Shown: in pieces, positions 13,489-31,421 of the stretch
How the letters are laid out: each line of letters begins with the position of its first letter
Numbering within the stretch: position 1 is the first letter of the stretch
Assembly: GCF_009914755.1 (NCBI RefSeq)
Contig: NC_060925.1
Length of the DNA stretch: 64,000 nucleotides
DNA from: the human T2T-CHM13v2.0 reference genome, Homo sapiens
Reading direction: 5' to 3' (one strand)
Made by a program: the position numbers and the translations under genes
The notes under the pieces: generated by a model
What the model was told of the DNA's origin: nothing
Databases searched by the model: none
What the model saw: only the letters and a program-made list of their open reading frames with translations

Positions 13489-16400
13489 CTAACTATACAT
13501 GCATAGAGTAAACAGAGGTAGGCCTACTTTCCACATTGAATTGTGCTTTCTAAAGAGGTGATGATGAGTTACCTTTTTGTAAAGGTAATACATTTCAAAT
13601 GTGCTAAGGATGCTTTCTCTTTTTCTTATCCATAAAACATGCAGACAATAGTCACTCTCTCCTTAGTTCATAAGAATTTTGAGAGGAACAAAGGAGATAA
13701 TATATGTCAAAGGCATCTGCAAAGCATTTCTCACTAAGCAAATGTAAGACATTATTACTTTTATAGAAATTTAAGTAAAATACAGGGTTTTGTGCAATTT
13801 AAATAATCACCTAGTTTTTATCAACTTTGGAAGTTTAGCTAATCACATATCTGATTCTTCTACATACTCAGGTATTCATACACAGGTATAAAATTGCTGT
13901 CCAATAAACATAGACTTTCTTCAGTACTAAATTAAAGCAGTGCTTGTTAATAAAAAAATCAATAATACATTTTAGCACAATGTTGACATGTAACACGTAT
14001 ATTTTAACTCAAATATGTAAAGCACAACTGGTATTAGTTAATTCAATCAAGCATGCAACTCTTGAAGGAGGTGGGAGGATGCAGAAAACAGCTAGCTTGA
14101 AATGGAAACCACCCCTGTGCTGTCATTCTGCCTCATCTTGGTTCATGATGTTCTCATCTTTATGCACACTGTGCATAAAGGAGAGAGATAAAGGGGTGTT
14201 AAAATACTTTATTCTGTAGCACAGAATAAAGTGTTATGTAAGTACAGAAGTAGACACGTGCATTGTTTCTTGTTAGGAAACCTGAGACTGTGGAAAACTT
14301 GCTGAACTTCAGGTTACTGAACTCAAATATAATGTGATGTTTTATGCTTTTAATGATAGTTCTTCCCTCTCAGAAACTTAGCATGTATAGTCTTTGAAAG
14401 GTCTTTTCCTATATTTACTATCAAAAAGAAAGCTAAAAGCATATAAACACATGAGCACACGTGCATACAAAAAATTATCCCTTGGTAGCACTGGCAGTGT
14501 CTGCTCTTAACTCTAACCTTTCATTTAAACGGACAGTACACAGTGAATTGTCCAGTATCTCGGCTATCATGTCACGCAGTCATCTCTGCATCAGCTCCCC
14601 CTATCAATGCCTCTTTGGAGTCGGGCTCCAATCTGCAGAGCAGATAGAATTCCGAAAATCCTGAGCCCCTGTCGCTGTGAGCTTGTTTGCCAAGCACATC
14701 ACAAGATGAGTGGTGAGATGCTGTTCACATATTGGCCCATTATCCCTTCAATATATGGAGCTTCAAGGATTTTCAGGGCCATATAACTGAAGAGAGTTTA
14801 CCACCTACCAGAAGAAGGACCAAACTCTGACTGGAGAAATCTTGAAGGTGTAATTAACGTTTGTTTCCATCCCCCTTCAGCCAACACCTTTACTGCACTC
14901 ACACCTGAGATTCAGGGAAAGTGCTAAAAAACAAAAACTTTTAGTAGAAGCTTCGAAAACATGGGCAAGACAAGACCCAGAATTCATTCTTATTTAGCAT
15001 GTTGGACTGACTAAGTACATAAAAAGCAGCAGAAGTATTGAGAGCTTACCAGGTATCCTCAAAACAACCCTAAAACTAGATTATCCTCCTCATCCTACAA
15101 ATGAGGAAACCAAGGAATAGGGAAATTGAGGAGCCCACTCAAGGTCACATGTCTGTCATTTATTGAAAGGAAAGAAACATCCAGCTCCTTGGACTTCAAA
15201 CCTGAGCCATGTGCCTGGCCACTGAATTATACTGGGTTCTGGGTGAGGATGAGGGCAATAATGACAGCTGTCATTTATTGAAAGACAGCATAAGAGAGGA
15301 GAATCTGAGAAATTTAAGATAGGCAGAGCTCCAGTCTCAATTTCCAAATACCTCCATGACCCCAGGCAGGTTACTGAACATAGCTGAGTGTCAAGTTTTC
15401 ATTTTAAGATGGGAATAATTACAACACTCACTTGTGGGGTTGGTGTGAGTTTTAATAATCTGTCAAGTGGCTGGCATTTAATAAGCACAAGAGATTAATT
15501 ATTAGTAGTTACTATGTGCCAGGCACCATTCATGTATTCATGTTTCATTTAACCTAACTATAAACATAAAAGGAAAATATTATACCCATTTTACAGATAC
15601 ATAAACTGAGGCCTAGGATTGCCTAGAATCACATAGTTAAGTCAGGATTTGATCCCAGGCCTAAGATTCCAAAACCTGTGTTAGTTACACACCGTTATTT
15701 GGCCTCTCTCAATACACTAGCTTATGTCAACCTGTGCCACAAATGACTTTTTCAATAATCAGTTAACATGTGTCAGCTACTAATGTGGTGAGGCTGTATT
15801 GTTGAGTTAACCTATTGCTTTTCAAATTCTATTTTATGCTCTAATGCTCAGGAGAAAAAGACATTTAACTTATATGTAACTTATCTCTCTTGGGAAAATT
15901 ATTGAATTTATAAATGGTAGCACTTTAAGAAAATATCAAAGATAGCTTAATTTCGAGAAAATGAGTCTGGACTAAGAATCAGGACACTTGGCTTTTGTTT
16001 TCCTTTGCTTTTCACAATTCTCCACTGACTAGCTATGTGCACTTAGACATGTCCCTTAACCTACAAATACCTCTACTTCGTTTCCATGAAGAGAGACATG
16101 AGCTTGAAGGGTATCTTCTGATTCTAAGTTGTTACTATTTAGTGCCTGCGACACATATGCACATATGCACACGCAGAATTCAAGAGCCTCTAGAGCAGTA
16201 GTTTTTCTCACTATCCAACAACATCGTTGTTGCTTAAAGAGCTGTTTCAAAGCTCAGATTTTGGGAACCTTCAGAATCTGACTTGGTTAATCAGGTTGAA
16301 GCTGGAGGATCTATATTTTGTGAACACTTCCCAGCTTCTTCAGGAGAGAAGTTAGGCCTGGTAATCACTGCTTCAGACCACTTTGCGGGTTTGGCAAAAT

Positions 16401-16586
16401 AACCATGCCCTGAAACCACGAGGATGACCGAAGCCTGCCTCACGACCTCTGTTCCATGGAGGAAGTTCATTGATAAGGCAGAGCTGTAACGCACCAAGTT
16501 TGCATTTCTTGGCCATATATTATTACACGGTGTGTAGGTGGAAAAAAAAATTTACAGATTATTTTCCTGTAGAAAAGGGAATGCTG

Positions 16587-16981
<395 letters not shown>

Positions 16982-19161
16982 TTAACCTACTTATTAGTGG
17001 CATTCCTAGTATGGATAATTACATTCAACTTGAGAATCACCCAAAGTCGAGAAAAAGCATGATCAATAAGACCCAAATACATGATCAGTACATGAACACC
17101 AAACTTGTATTCTAGTAGATAGATTTAGTGAGCTGGGATCATGACATGATACCTAAACAGGTAATAAAATTGAACATGAGGGGCAAAATGTATTGAAGAG
17201 AGTCCAAAGACAAAAACAGTAATATATCTATATGAAGAAATGAGTTATAGCTATTTACCACTGTCAAACCCACCTGAAGTCAGTGTAGAAGGGATGCCAC
17301 CAGTCAGAAAGGAATGGGTCATATTTTAAAGCATTAAAGCATGAATATCACCCAGACCATCATAGTAAACATGTATGTATCAAAGGACCAATGATACCAT
17401 GTGTAAAGGGCTGAAGGTTATGTAGGCACAGTCCAGTGTCAACATTTCTAAAACTTAAGGATTATGCAAGCCAGCAAGTAAATGCACAAAAATCATTTGC
17501 CAATTTAAAGAGAAATTCTGTGTGTGAACCTCAGTAATTATTTTTCAGGTGCTATTTTCAAAATGGAGCTAACAACTCTGTCTACAGAATGTTTGACAAT
17601 TATTAAATTATAATCTACAACCACACTCAACTCCTTGGCAGAAAAAGACATGTGAGGAAAGGGGTGAAATGGATGAGAGCAATATAGTCCTTAAAAACAC
17701 CTGGACACCCTCCCATATAAGCTTCAGAAATCACAAGGATCAGGCATTCTTCGAGATCTAATCTCAAAACTTCATCAGGTGTTTATTATGTACTGTTAAG
17801 AAAAAAGCTTAATGACAAACTGAATCCTACATAGATGACTAGCTGCCTGATTGCTCTGCCCAGAGGGTCATAGGAAACATAGGGATCAAAGGGTGTATCC
17901 ATGTTCATGGAAGCTGAACTCCAGTTTCACTGTCTTCTGCTTCCCTTAGGTACATTTTATTAAGTCTTCTGGGCTGAATTTGGAAATCCTTGATGTTGGA
18001 AGAAAAGCTGACCTATTTCCTTATGCTGGAGCTTTTCTGAGCTGATGTTCCTCCAAAATTACATTTTTAGACTAAAAGATAACTAACCAGCATCTTGATT
18101 TCAATCAGGAAACAATAAAATATGATGCTGTTTGGGTTATTTTCTTATCTTATTATTTGTTGGCTGGGTATTCACTTAAACCAGCCTGCCCTATATGTTA
18201 AATATCAACCTAAGTCTAAAATATTTTACCAGATGGCTTCTTAGTAAAACTCAATAAAAGTGAACAGAAGGAAAATCCAGAGCACAGGACCAGCCAAATA
18301 ACCCAAATAGACTCAACCTAAGTCCTCTTCTTAGACTCATTATCACATTACAGTATCTCTTCACCAACACCAAACCCCTTCTGAGGTGACAGAGGGAGGC
18401 AAGAAAAGTTTGTGTTTTGTGTTATATTTATTTCCTTTGAAGTCATAAGCCACATATCATCTCCTTTTCAAAATCAAATACTCCTGACTTCCTCCATCAT
18501 TCCTTTCTCTAATGTTCAGAGGGCTCTTCGTCTATCCCCATCTTCCCTAAGCCCAGATAAACTTAAGCTTGTTCACTGTCTCAACTGTCGCTCATAAAAT
18601 ATATAATACAGTAGAAAGAGTACTGTTTGGGCAGGAGATCTGAGTTCTAGGTCTAATCCTGCCACTTGCTAGTTTTGGGACCTACAACAAGTCTTAAACT
18701 ATTCAAGGCTTCAGTGGCTTTATTACTGTAATAATGCATTTGGAAGGGTTGCTATTGAGGATCTAAAATTTTCTAGCTACATTTTCTATAATTGTAGCAC
18801 TATTGGCTAGCTCCTGAAATTAAGCAAAGATCTCAGGGTTGTCCTATGGCAAATACCTGAAAATGAAATTATTTTTTATGAGCACAGATAATTTTTAAAA
18901 AAGCTGATATATGCTAATTTTATTATTTAACAAAGTAAGAAGTCAAGAGATTGTTTCATTCTTGGCACGATTCGAGAAATGTGGGATTATGTATGTTAAT
19001 TAAAATTTTATGTAAATACAAACACTCCAATCATCATAAGAGGAAAAAGAACAAAGAAAGCCTAGTTCATATATCAAAAGAAAGAAAAAAGGCAGCCACA
19101 AAGAAGCAGAGACAGAGAGACAGAGAAAGCATAAAAAAAGATTAAAAAGGATGATATGAGT

Positions 19162-20340
19162 TAAAAAGCTTCTGCACAGCAAAGGATACAATCAACACAG
19201 TGAAGAGACAACTCATAGAATGGGAGTAAATATTTGCAAACTACCTCCTCTAACAAGGGATTAATCACCAGAATATATAAGGATCTCAAACAACTCCATA
19301 GGAAAAAATCCGATAATCCAATCAAAAATGGGCAAAAGATTTTAATAGACATTTCTCAAAAGAAGACATACAAATAAATGGCAAACAGGCATATGAAAGG
19401 TGCTCAACGTCATTGGTGATCAGAGATGCAAATCAAAACTGCAATGAGATATCAACCCACCTCAGTTAAAATGGCTTATATCCAAAAGACAGGCAATAAC
19501 AAACGCTGGCAATGATGTGGAGAAAAGGGAATCATCATACACTGTTGGTGGGAACGTAAATTAATACAACCACTATGTAGAACAGTTTGGAGGTTCCTCA
19601 AAAAACTAAAAATTGAGCTATCATACAATCCAGCAATTCCACTGTTGGTTACATAACCAAAAGAAAGGAAATCAGTACATTGAAGAGATATCTGCATTCC
19701 TGTTTGTTATAGCACTGTTTACAATAGCTAGAATTTGGAAGCCACCTAAGTGTCCATCAGCAGATGAACGGGTGAAGAAAATGTGGTACTTATACAAAAT
19801 GGAGTACTATTCAGCCATAAAAAAGAATGAGATCCAGTCATTTCCAACAACATGGGTGGAACTTGAAGTCATTATGCTAAGTGAAATAAGCCAGGCACAG
19901 AAAGACAAACAGTGCATGTTCTCACTTTTTTGTGGGATCTAAAAATCAAATCAGTTGAGGTCATGGACATAGAAAGTAGAAGAATGCTTACTAGAGGTTG
20001 GGAAATATAGTTGGGGGTTGGGAGGCTGGTGGAGATGTGTAATGGGTACAAAAAAATATAGAAAGAATAAATATGACCTATTATTTGATAGTACAATAGG
20101 GTAACTGTAGTCAATAATAATTTAGTTGTATATTTTTTAATAACTTAAAGAATGTAATTGGATTGCTTGAAACCCAAAGGATCAGTGCCTGAGGCGATGG
20201 ATACCCCATTCCCCTTGATGTGCATATTTCACATTGCATGCTGTATCAAAACACCTCATGTACCCCATAAATATATATACCTACTATGTACCCACAAAAA
20301 TTTGTTTTAATAATTTAAAAAACTCTTTTAAGATTAAAAA
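19162..20340 (+). mobile_element. L1MA-type LINE 3' end (ORF2 C-terminus plus 3' UTR)
   Basis: aaaagcttctgcacagcaaagga..., ORF 19613..19942 (ALFTIARIWKPPKCPS...MEYYSAIKKNE), 3' UTR ending tactatgtacccacaaaaa. Confidence 0.9.
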
Positions 20341-20349
20341 ATAAAAGCA

Positions 20350-24260
<3,911 letters not shown>

Positions 24261-24757
24261 ATTATAATGATATTCAATAACTACAATAAAATATTATTTA
24301 AAAAATAACAGACATATTCAACTATAGAAAACAACATCAGGTAGAGTTTACAAGTCAAGCTACAATTGGTGCAAAAAAGTTTGTGTGTTATTTATGATGT
24401 AGAATAGATGAAGGGCGATAGACTGAAGTGGCTAGGAACATGGGAGCAAATCCCAGCTCCCTTACTTGCGAGGGGCTTTCATCATGCCTCAGTTCCATCA
24501 TCTGTAAAATGATAACAATAATACTATGACCTCACAGGGTTGTTGGGGGAATTATATGAGAAAATGCAGCTTGACCCAGAATAAATACTAAATAAATGTT
24601 AGCAATAGTAACATTAGTTGAGGTATAGGGCTATAACTATTAATCGTTACATTTTTTTTCTCTTGACTCACCTTCTCCCCTCATCTAAATTAGGAGCAAG
24701 TTGAGAAACAACTGCAGGAATCCAGCTGATGAACATCTATCTATAATCCTAAAGGTT

Positions 24758-25065
24758 GGCCGGGCGTGGTGGCTCACGCCTGTGATCCTAGCACTTTGGG
24801 AGGCCTAGGCGGGTGGATCACCTGAGGTCCAGAGTTCGAGACCAGCCTGGCCAACATGGAGAAACCCCGCCTCTACTAAAAATACAAAATTAGCTGGGCG
24901 TGGTGGCGCATGCCTGTAATCCCAGCTGCTCCGGAGGCTGAGGCAGGAGAATGGCTTGAGCCTGGGAGTTAGAGGTTGCGGTGAGCCGAGATAGCGCCAT
25001 TGCACTCCACCCTGGGCAACAAGAGTAAGACTCCGTCTCAAAAAAAAAAAAAAAGAAAAAAAATA
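24758..25065 (+). mobile_element. AluSp-like with TSD aatcctaaaggtt
   Basis: catggagaaaccc diagnostic; TSD on both sides. Confidence 0.9.
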
Positions 25066-25580
25066 AATCCTAAAGGTTGACTAAACTGCATTAGAGAAGC
25101 AGCTCAACCTGTGGCTACAAGCCTACCACTTTTCCTTCAGAATTAAACACTTCCATCCCCAACTGCATGTCTGCCCTCTGCAGGAGCAAGAACATGCCAG
25201 AATAAGTGAGTCTTGTCAGACAGAGAAGCTGACCACATAGTGGGGCCCAACCAGCCATTCCAAGGAGATGAAACACAAAGCCTCAGGGCGTCGCAGAATT
25301 GCTGTGGAGAGTGACTGAACTGACACCTCTTCCATCTCAGCAGCCAGAGGAGTCACTCTGCCTTTGGAAAGAAGGAGGGAGGGGATTGAGAGAGGTGACA
25401 AACGAGGGTTCCATTTACATGTCTCCTTCTTGGTCATTGAAGAAGAGCCCCTCCCTCACAAGGAAAACATGAGGTGAGAGGGCTGAATATTCCCTCTCAT
25501 TATCTGGAAAAAGTTTAATATGAAGCATTTATAAAGGAATATTTTACAGCCATTCAAAATTATGTTTTTTTGAAAGAATG

Positions 25581-25775
25581 TTTTTTTTTGCCTCAGGCTC
25601 CCAAGAAGCTGGGATTACAGGTGCGTGCCACCATTCACAACTAATTTTTGCATTTTTAATAGATACGAAGTTTCTCCATGTTTGCCAGGTTGGTCTCAAA
25701 CACCTCACCTGAAGTGATCCTCCTGCCTTGGCCTCCCAAAGTGCTGGGATTATAGGCATGAACCATTGTGTCCAA
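25581..25775 (-). mobile_element. Partial Alu
   Basis: Left arm plus part of right arm; 3' part deleted. Confidence 0.8.
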
Positions 25776-26624
25776 TGAAAAATGTCTCTTAACATTAGAC
25801 AATTGTTACAATATAATATGGAGCAATTGAAGGGACTATTGTACCATCTCTACCATATTGGCAGAGAAAAATTTTGAAAGAAGTACACTAAAATGTTAAA
25901 ACTTGATTACCTTTTGGCAGTAGACTTATGGGTGATTATAATTTTGTATAGTTTTCTGTATTTTTGAAATCTTTCACAGTTTTTGTTACTTTGATATTTA
26001 GAATTAAAGAAATATGACGAGCTAGTAGCTTCTTAAGACACTTTCGATCCCTCAAACTAACAAGGCATTAATTTAAAAGGACTTAAAGTGCATGATTTAC
26101 TTCTTGGCAACAGGTTTTTAGAAATGTGTCTGGAAGAAGAGGTTTTTTCTCCTCTTTGTTTCTATATCCATATCAGTATATTTTTATAAGCATGCATTAC
26201 TTTTGAAAATAAAATATAAGCTTTTAAAATTTGCATTTTAAAAAGTATTTAAAATATAAACTTTTATATCAAGAAATAAGAGAAACAAAGCAAAGTCAAA
26301 TATACATATACATAAAAACTTCAAAATTTATGGCTGAGTTTAGATATACCACAATCCACCTAGAAGATAGGTATTTATACCAGGGCTCTATTTCTGTGTG
26401 ACTCAAAGGCACCAAAAGGGCATTATAAATATTAATAAAAACCTCGAAAGCTAAACCACATTTTTATGGAGTTAGAAGCACAAACTGAAAGAATTAATTT
26501 GAGAAGGAGACGGTGGTATTTTTCTATGGTTGTTTTGTTTTGCTTTTACTGAGAAATCCAGTAGTTCCAATTCTGTCACAAAAAGGAAAATTGTATAGCT
26601 TGTTGTTTTGAAAATGGGTGATGT

Positions 26625-27275
<651 letters not shown>

Positions 27276-30214
27276 TCAGGCCACACACAAACATGCAGAG
27301 GATCAAGAATATTGTTTTCAGCACAGAATTTATATCTAAATGTCTAGTTGCTGATCTAGTCCTTAGGCCCTCCAGGAGTTAGGTCATCAATTAGGTGGCA
27401 ATGTATGTTTGTACATACGTGTTTTCTAAAACCTGACCCCCATAGCTGAAGAATATAAAGGGAAAAACGTAACTGTGTAACTGGTCTCTTGAAAATAAAA
27501 ACCAAATTGAATGAATGGAAAGGATGGGCATTTCTAAGATGAGGCTGCTGGATGGTGAATCCACAGGGACAATGATTAGAGGGGACAACTCAGCAATCCT
27601 ACCTTCCAGCCAGACTGCATTCCCTGTATAGGCCTGAGAGCTGCTGCATTAAACTTCAATCATAACGGGGCTGTGTTCCATTTACATAGCACATTTCATC
27701 CCGAGAATTTGGAGGACTTTGTAGACGTTATCACATTTATCTTCACATCACCCGCTGAAAAGCATGTTGGAGCAAGTGTTATCTTCCTTTCACAGGCTGG
27801 GAAACAAAGGCACGTAAACAGTTCCTCCATGTTCCCTGATGAGCCAGAGAGGTAAAGAAGAGACAGTTGCATGTTTTTGTCACTGCGAAGGAGCCAGGCC
27901 AGCACACATTCAGGGTTGAACTTTGCCTTCCATTTCAAGAGGAATCCCATTGATGATTAGATAAAGCATCAGTATCAGCAGGTAGAGTTAGCAAATGGAA
28001 AGATGTGTAAGGGGCTCAGGAAAAGTCCATTGAACAGCATGGAGAGGGGGTTTCCTTGACTACTTAGATGCCTGAAATTCTACTAACAGAGTTCTTCCTT
28101 TAAATTAAGGCACTGCAATTGGAAAAGTCTAGTGTAAAGTATGAATAGCGCTAGAGGCATACTACCTTTCATCACTTTCAGCTATAGCATTGCAATATTG
28201 ATTAATTTTTTATATTTTGTATCTAATTATATTGCTGGTTAAATCCTGAGTCTCAATGGAATGTGACACAGGACAAATAGATTTGATAGAAGAAGGAAGT
28301 ATTAGGATATGTTCTAAAGGCTTAAATCATTTTCAAAAAAGCTACACATTAATTAATTTGATTAACTAACTAGAAAAATATGCCCACACTGATTCTGATG
28401 GAAACATAAGTGATGGTGCTGATTCATGTCCTGCTGGCCACTCACCAGCTACACGTCCTCATGCATGTCAGCCTCCCAAAGCTCTCTTTCTCTCCTGTTC
28501 TGGGAGGACAATCGTGCAGTATGTTGGTGGAGATTCCTTCAAGGACAAATCATGACACAAGGATTGAGAACACGCTTGGGCAGAAATCCCAGAGAGCAAT
28601 GAGAGGGAATGGTAAGTGAGACAGGAGGGAGAGGAGACAAACCAATAAAGTGGCTGCCATGAGGTTACCACTAGGCCACTGCTGTCAATCTTTTTGAAGA
28701 CCCTCTGGGAGACCTGGGAACCTACCCCAGAATTGTCCCACCATGGGGAATAGGAAGTCAAGAAATTTTCCCAGAAATTCCTACCCCTCAAAGATTGAGG
28801 ATCACTCCTGGACTGAGCACCTCTAGCTTAGCCCTCAATTTACCATCTTCTCAGGAGGCGAGGGCACCCTCTCAGGCAAAGGGACACAGCTGTCATGCCA
28901 TCTGGCCTGCATGAGACCTCCTGGAGTAGGCAAGGAGACAGAGAGGGCACCAAAGGTATTTGCTGCATGTATAGCCACTTCTTATAGCTGTTGAGCTCAC
29001 ACAGTGATGGAGAAAAATATGAATACAATGTGCAACATAATGTTAGGCACACAATGAAGGGCCAATAAATGGTAATTGTGGTGGTGAATGTTGCTATCTT
29101 TTTTAAAATCAAGGCAGGCCTAGGTTTAGTGTCATAGCGAAGGAGCCAGGCACCATAGCCAGAAGCCCCTGGGTAGGTCTGGGAAGTCCTAGGAATTGGG
29201 AAAGGTGAAAATAGTACAGGTATGGGGCTGTAAAAGGCAAACTTCATGTCCTGCAGTGTTCTGCCTGTGGCTGGTCCTGAGGAGCACTGGTGGGTCAGTT
29301 TGGCCAGACCTCCAAAGAGAGCCACAGGAAAAAAAGAAGGCTAGAGGTCCTCATGACCCACCTCCCAAGATACAAGCAGACACTTGAAGTGGAAAATCCC
29401 TGCCACTCTGTAGGACAAGAACTACGTGGCCAAAAAGGGAAGCTGCAATAAATAGTTCTGGTTTAACCTGGGATGCATCACAGCTTCTCCAAAGTTTTGC
29501 TTTGACTTTAGGCCCAATTCAACCAACATGAAACACCCACAAATTAACTCCCAGGAAAAACATGGCTCTTTGAGAAAAGAACTGACACTTAGTAAGCAGC
29601 TGAGCCTGTCAGTCCAGGTTGCAGGATGGAGCGAGTGAGCTCTCGGCGGGTACAGTGGCTTGCACTAGCTGAATTCATTACTATTCCCTTTGTGCAGCCT
29701 TGTGCTTTGACCACTCGCATATATGGAATAGGACTTACAAAAGAAAACTGTTTTGTTTGGCAGGTGGGAAATCATTTCAATTGAGATATTTTTTCTGTTT
29801 ACTCAAGTAAATATAAAGATGCTTTGATTTTCCACAAAGAAAGAGTTGTTATCCCTATTTGAATTTATGTTGCTTCAAAAACAAACATCTTACTTTTAGT
29901 ATCAGAAGCAGACCATTCTGTTCCTTAGGGAAGTGATATTCTTTAGTAGACTGGTGGGAGACTTGTAGAATATTAAAAGGATAAGACAAATTCCAGAATA
30001 AATAACAGGGAAAATTTATTTTCTGAACTCTAATAACTATGATCTGTTCCTACAGTAGAATGGGCATTCAATAACTGGAACATGAAGGATTGGCCTACAG
30101 GGAAAGCCCAGGGTGGTCTGGGACCTCCCTGAACCTCCAGCAGATCTCATGAGACTGTCTTTAATTATCCTTTTCTCTCTCTCTCTCCCTCTCTCAGGCC
30201 TACAATGAACACTG

Positions 30215-31215
30215 TGTGGGGAAAAGAAAGAGAGATCAGACTGTTACTGTGTCTATGTAGAAAGAAGTAGACATAAGAGACTCCATTTTGTTCTGTACTA
30301 AGAAAAATTCTTCTGCCTTGAGATGCTGTTAATCTGTAACCCTGGCCCCAACCCTGTGCTCGCAGAGACATGTGCTGTGTTGACTCAAGGTTTAATGGAT
30401 TTAGGGCTATGCAGGATGTGCTTTGTTAAAAAAGTGTTGAAGGCAGTATGCTTGTTAAAAGTCATCACTATTCTCTAATCTCAAGTACCCAGGGACACAA
30501 TACACTGCAGAAGGCTGCAGGGATCTCTGCCTAGGAAAGCCAGGTATTGTCCAAGGTTTCTCCCCATGTGATAGCCTGAGATATGGCCTCGTGGGAAGGG
30601 AAAGACCTGGGAAGGGAAAGACCTGACCGTCACCCAGCCTGACACCCGTAAAGGGTCTGTGCTGAGGAGGATTAGTGAAAGAGGAAGGCCTCTTTGCAGT
30701 TGAGATAAGAGGAAGGCATCTGTCTCCTGCTCGTCCCTGGGCAATGATGTCTCGGTGTAAAACCGACTGTATGTTCTATTTACTGAGATAGGAGAAAACT
30801 GCCTTAGGGCTGGAGGTGAGCCGTGCTAGCAGCAATATTGCTCTTTAATGCACCAAGGTGTTTCTATACATGCACATCAAGGCACAGCACCTTTCCTTAA
30901 ACTTATTTATGACACAGAGATCTTTGTTCACATGTTTCCTGCTGACCCTCTCCCCACTATTGCCCTATTGTCCTGCCACATCCTCCTCTCCGAGATGGTA
31001 GAGATAATGATCAATAAATACTGAGGGAACTCAGAGACCAGTGCCTGCCGGTCCTCCGTAAACTGTAAGCTGAGTGCCTCCATAAGCTGAGCGCCAGTCC
31101 CCTAGGCCCACTTTTCTTTCTCTATTCTTTGTCTCTGTGTCTCTTTCTCTTCTCAGTCTCTCATCCTACCTGATGAGAAACACCCACAGGTGTGGAGGGG
31201 CAGGCCATCCCTTCA
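30215..31215 (+). mobile_element. HERV-K (HML-2) solo LTR, LTR5B-like
   Basis: Starts tgtggggaaaagaaagagagatcagactgttactgtg, has aataaa at ~31013, ends ggggcaggccatcccttca; ~1.0 kb. Confidence 0.92.
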
Positions 31216-31421
31216 CTGGACAGAACCAATGTACTTCTTACATATATTGATTGATTGATGTCACATGTCTCCCTAAAATGCAGAAAACCAAGCTGTGCCC
31301 CAACCACCTCGCGTACATGTCATCAGGACTTCCTGAGGCTGTGTCACAGGTGCACATCCTCAATCTTGGCAAAATAAACTTTCTAAATTAACTGAGACTT
31401 GTCTCAAATTTGGGGGGTTCA
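31216..31421 (+). mobile_element. 3' half of a MER4A-like ERV1 LTR
   Basis: gaaccaatgtacttcttacatatattgattgatg...ggcaaaataaactttctaaattaactgagac...ggggttca. Confidence 0.8.

Noticed and set aside
17240-18150. Possible ancient CR1/L3 LINE remnant
   Set aside because: Similarity too faint to support by eye
28840-29325. Longest non-Alu, non-HYDIN ORF (161 aa, - strand)
   Set aside because: No recognisable domain; overlaps degenerate LTR/MIR-like sequence; non-ATG start; no coding-like composition
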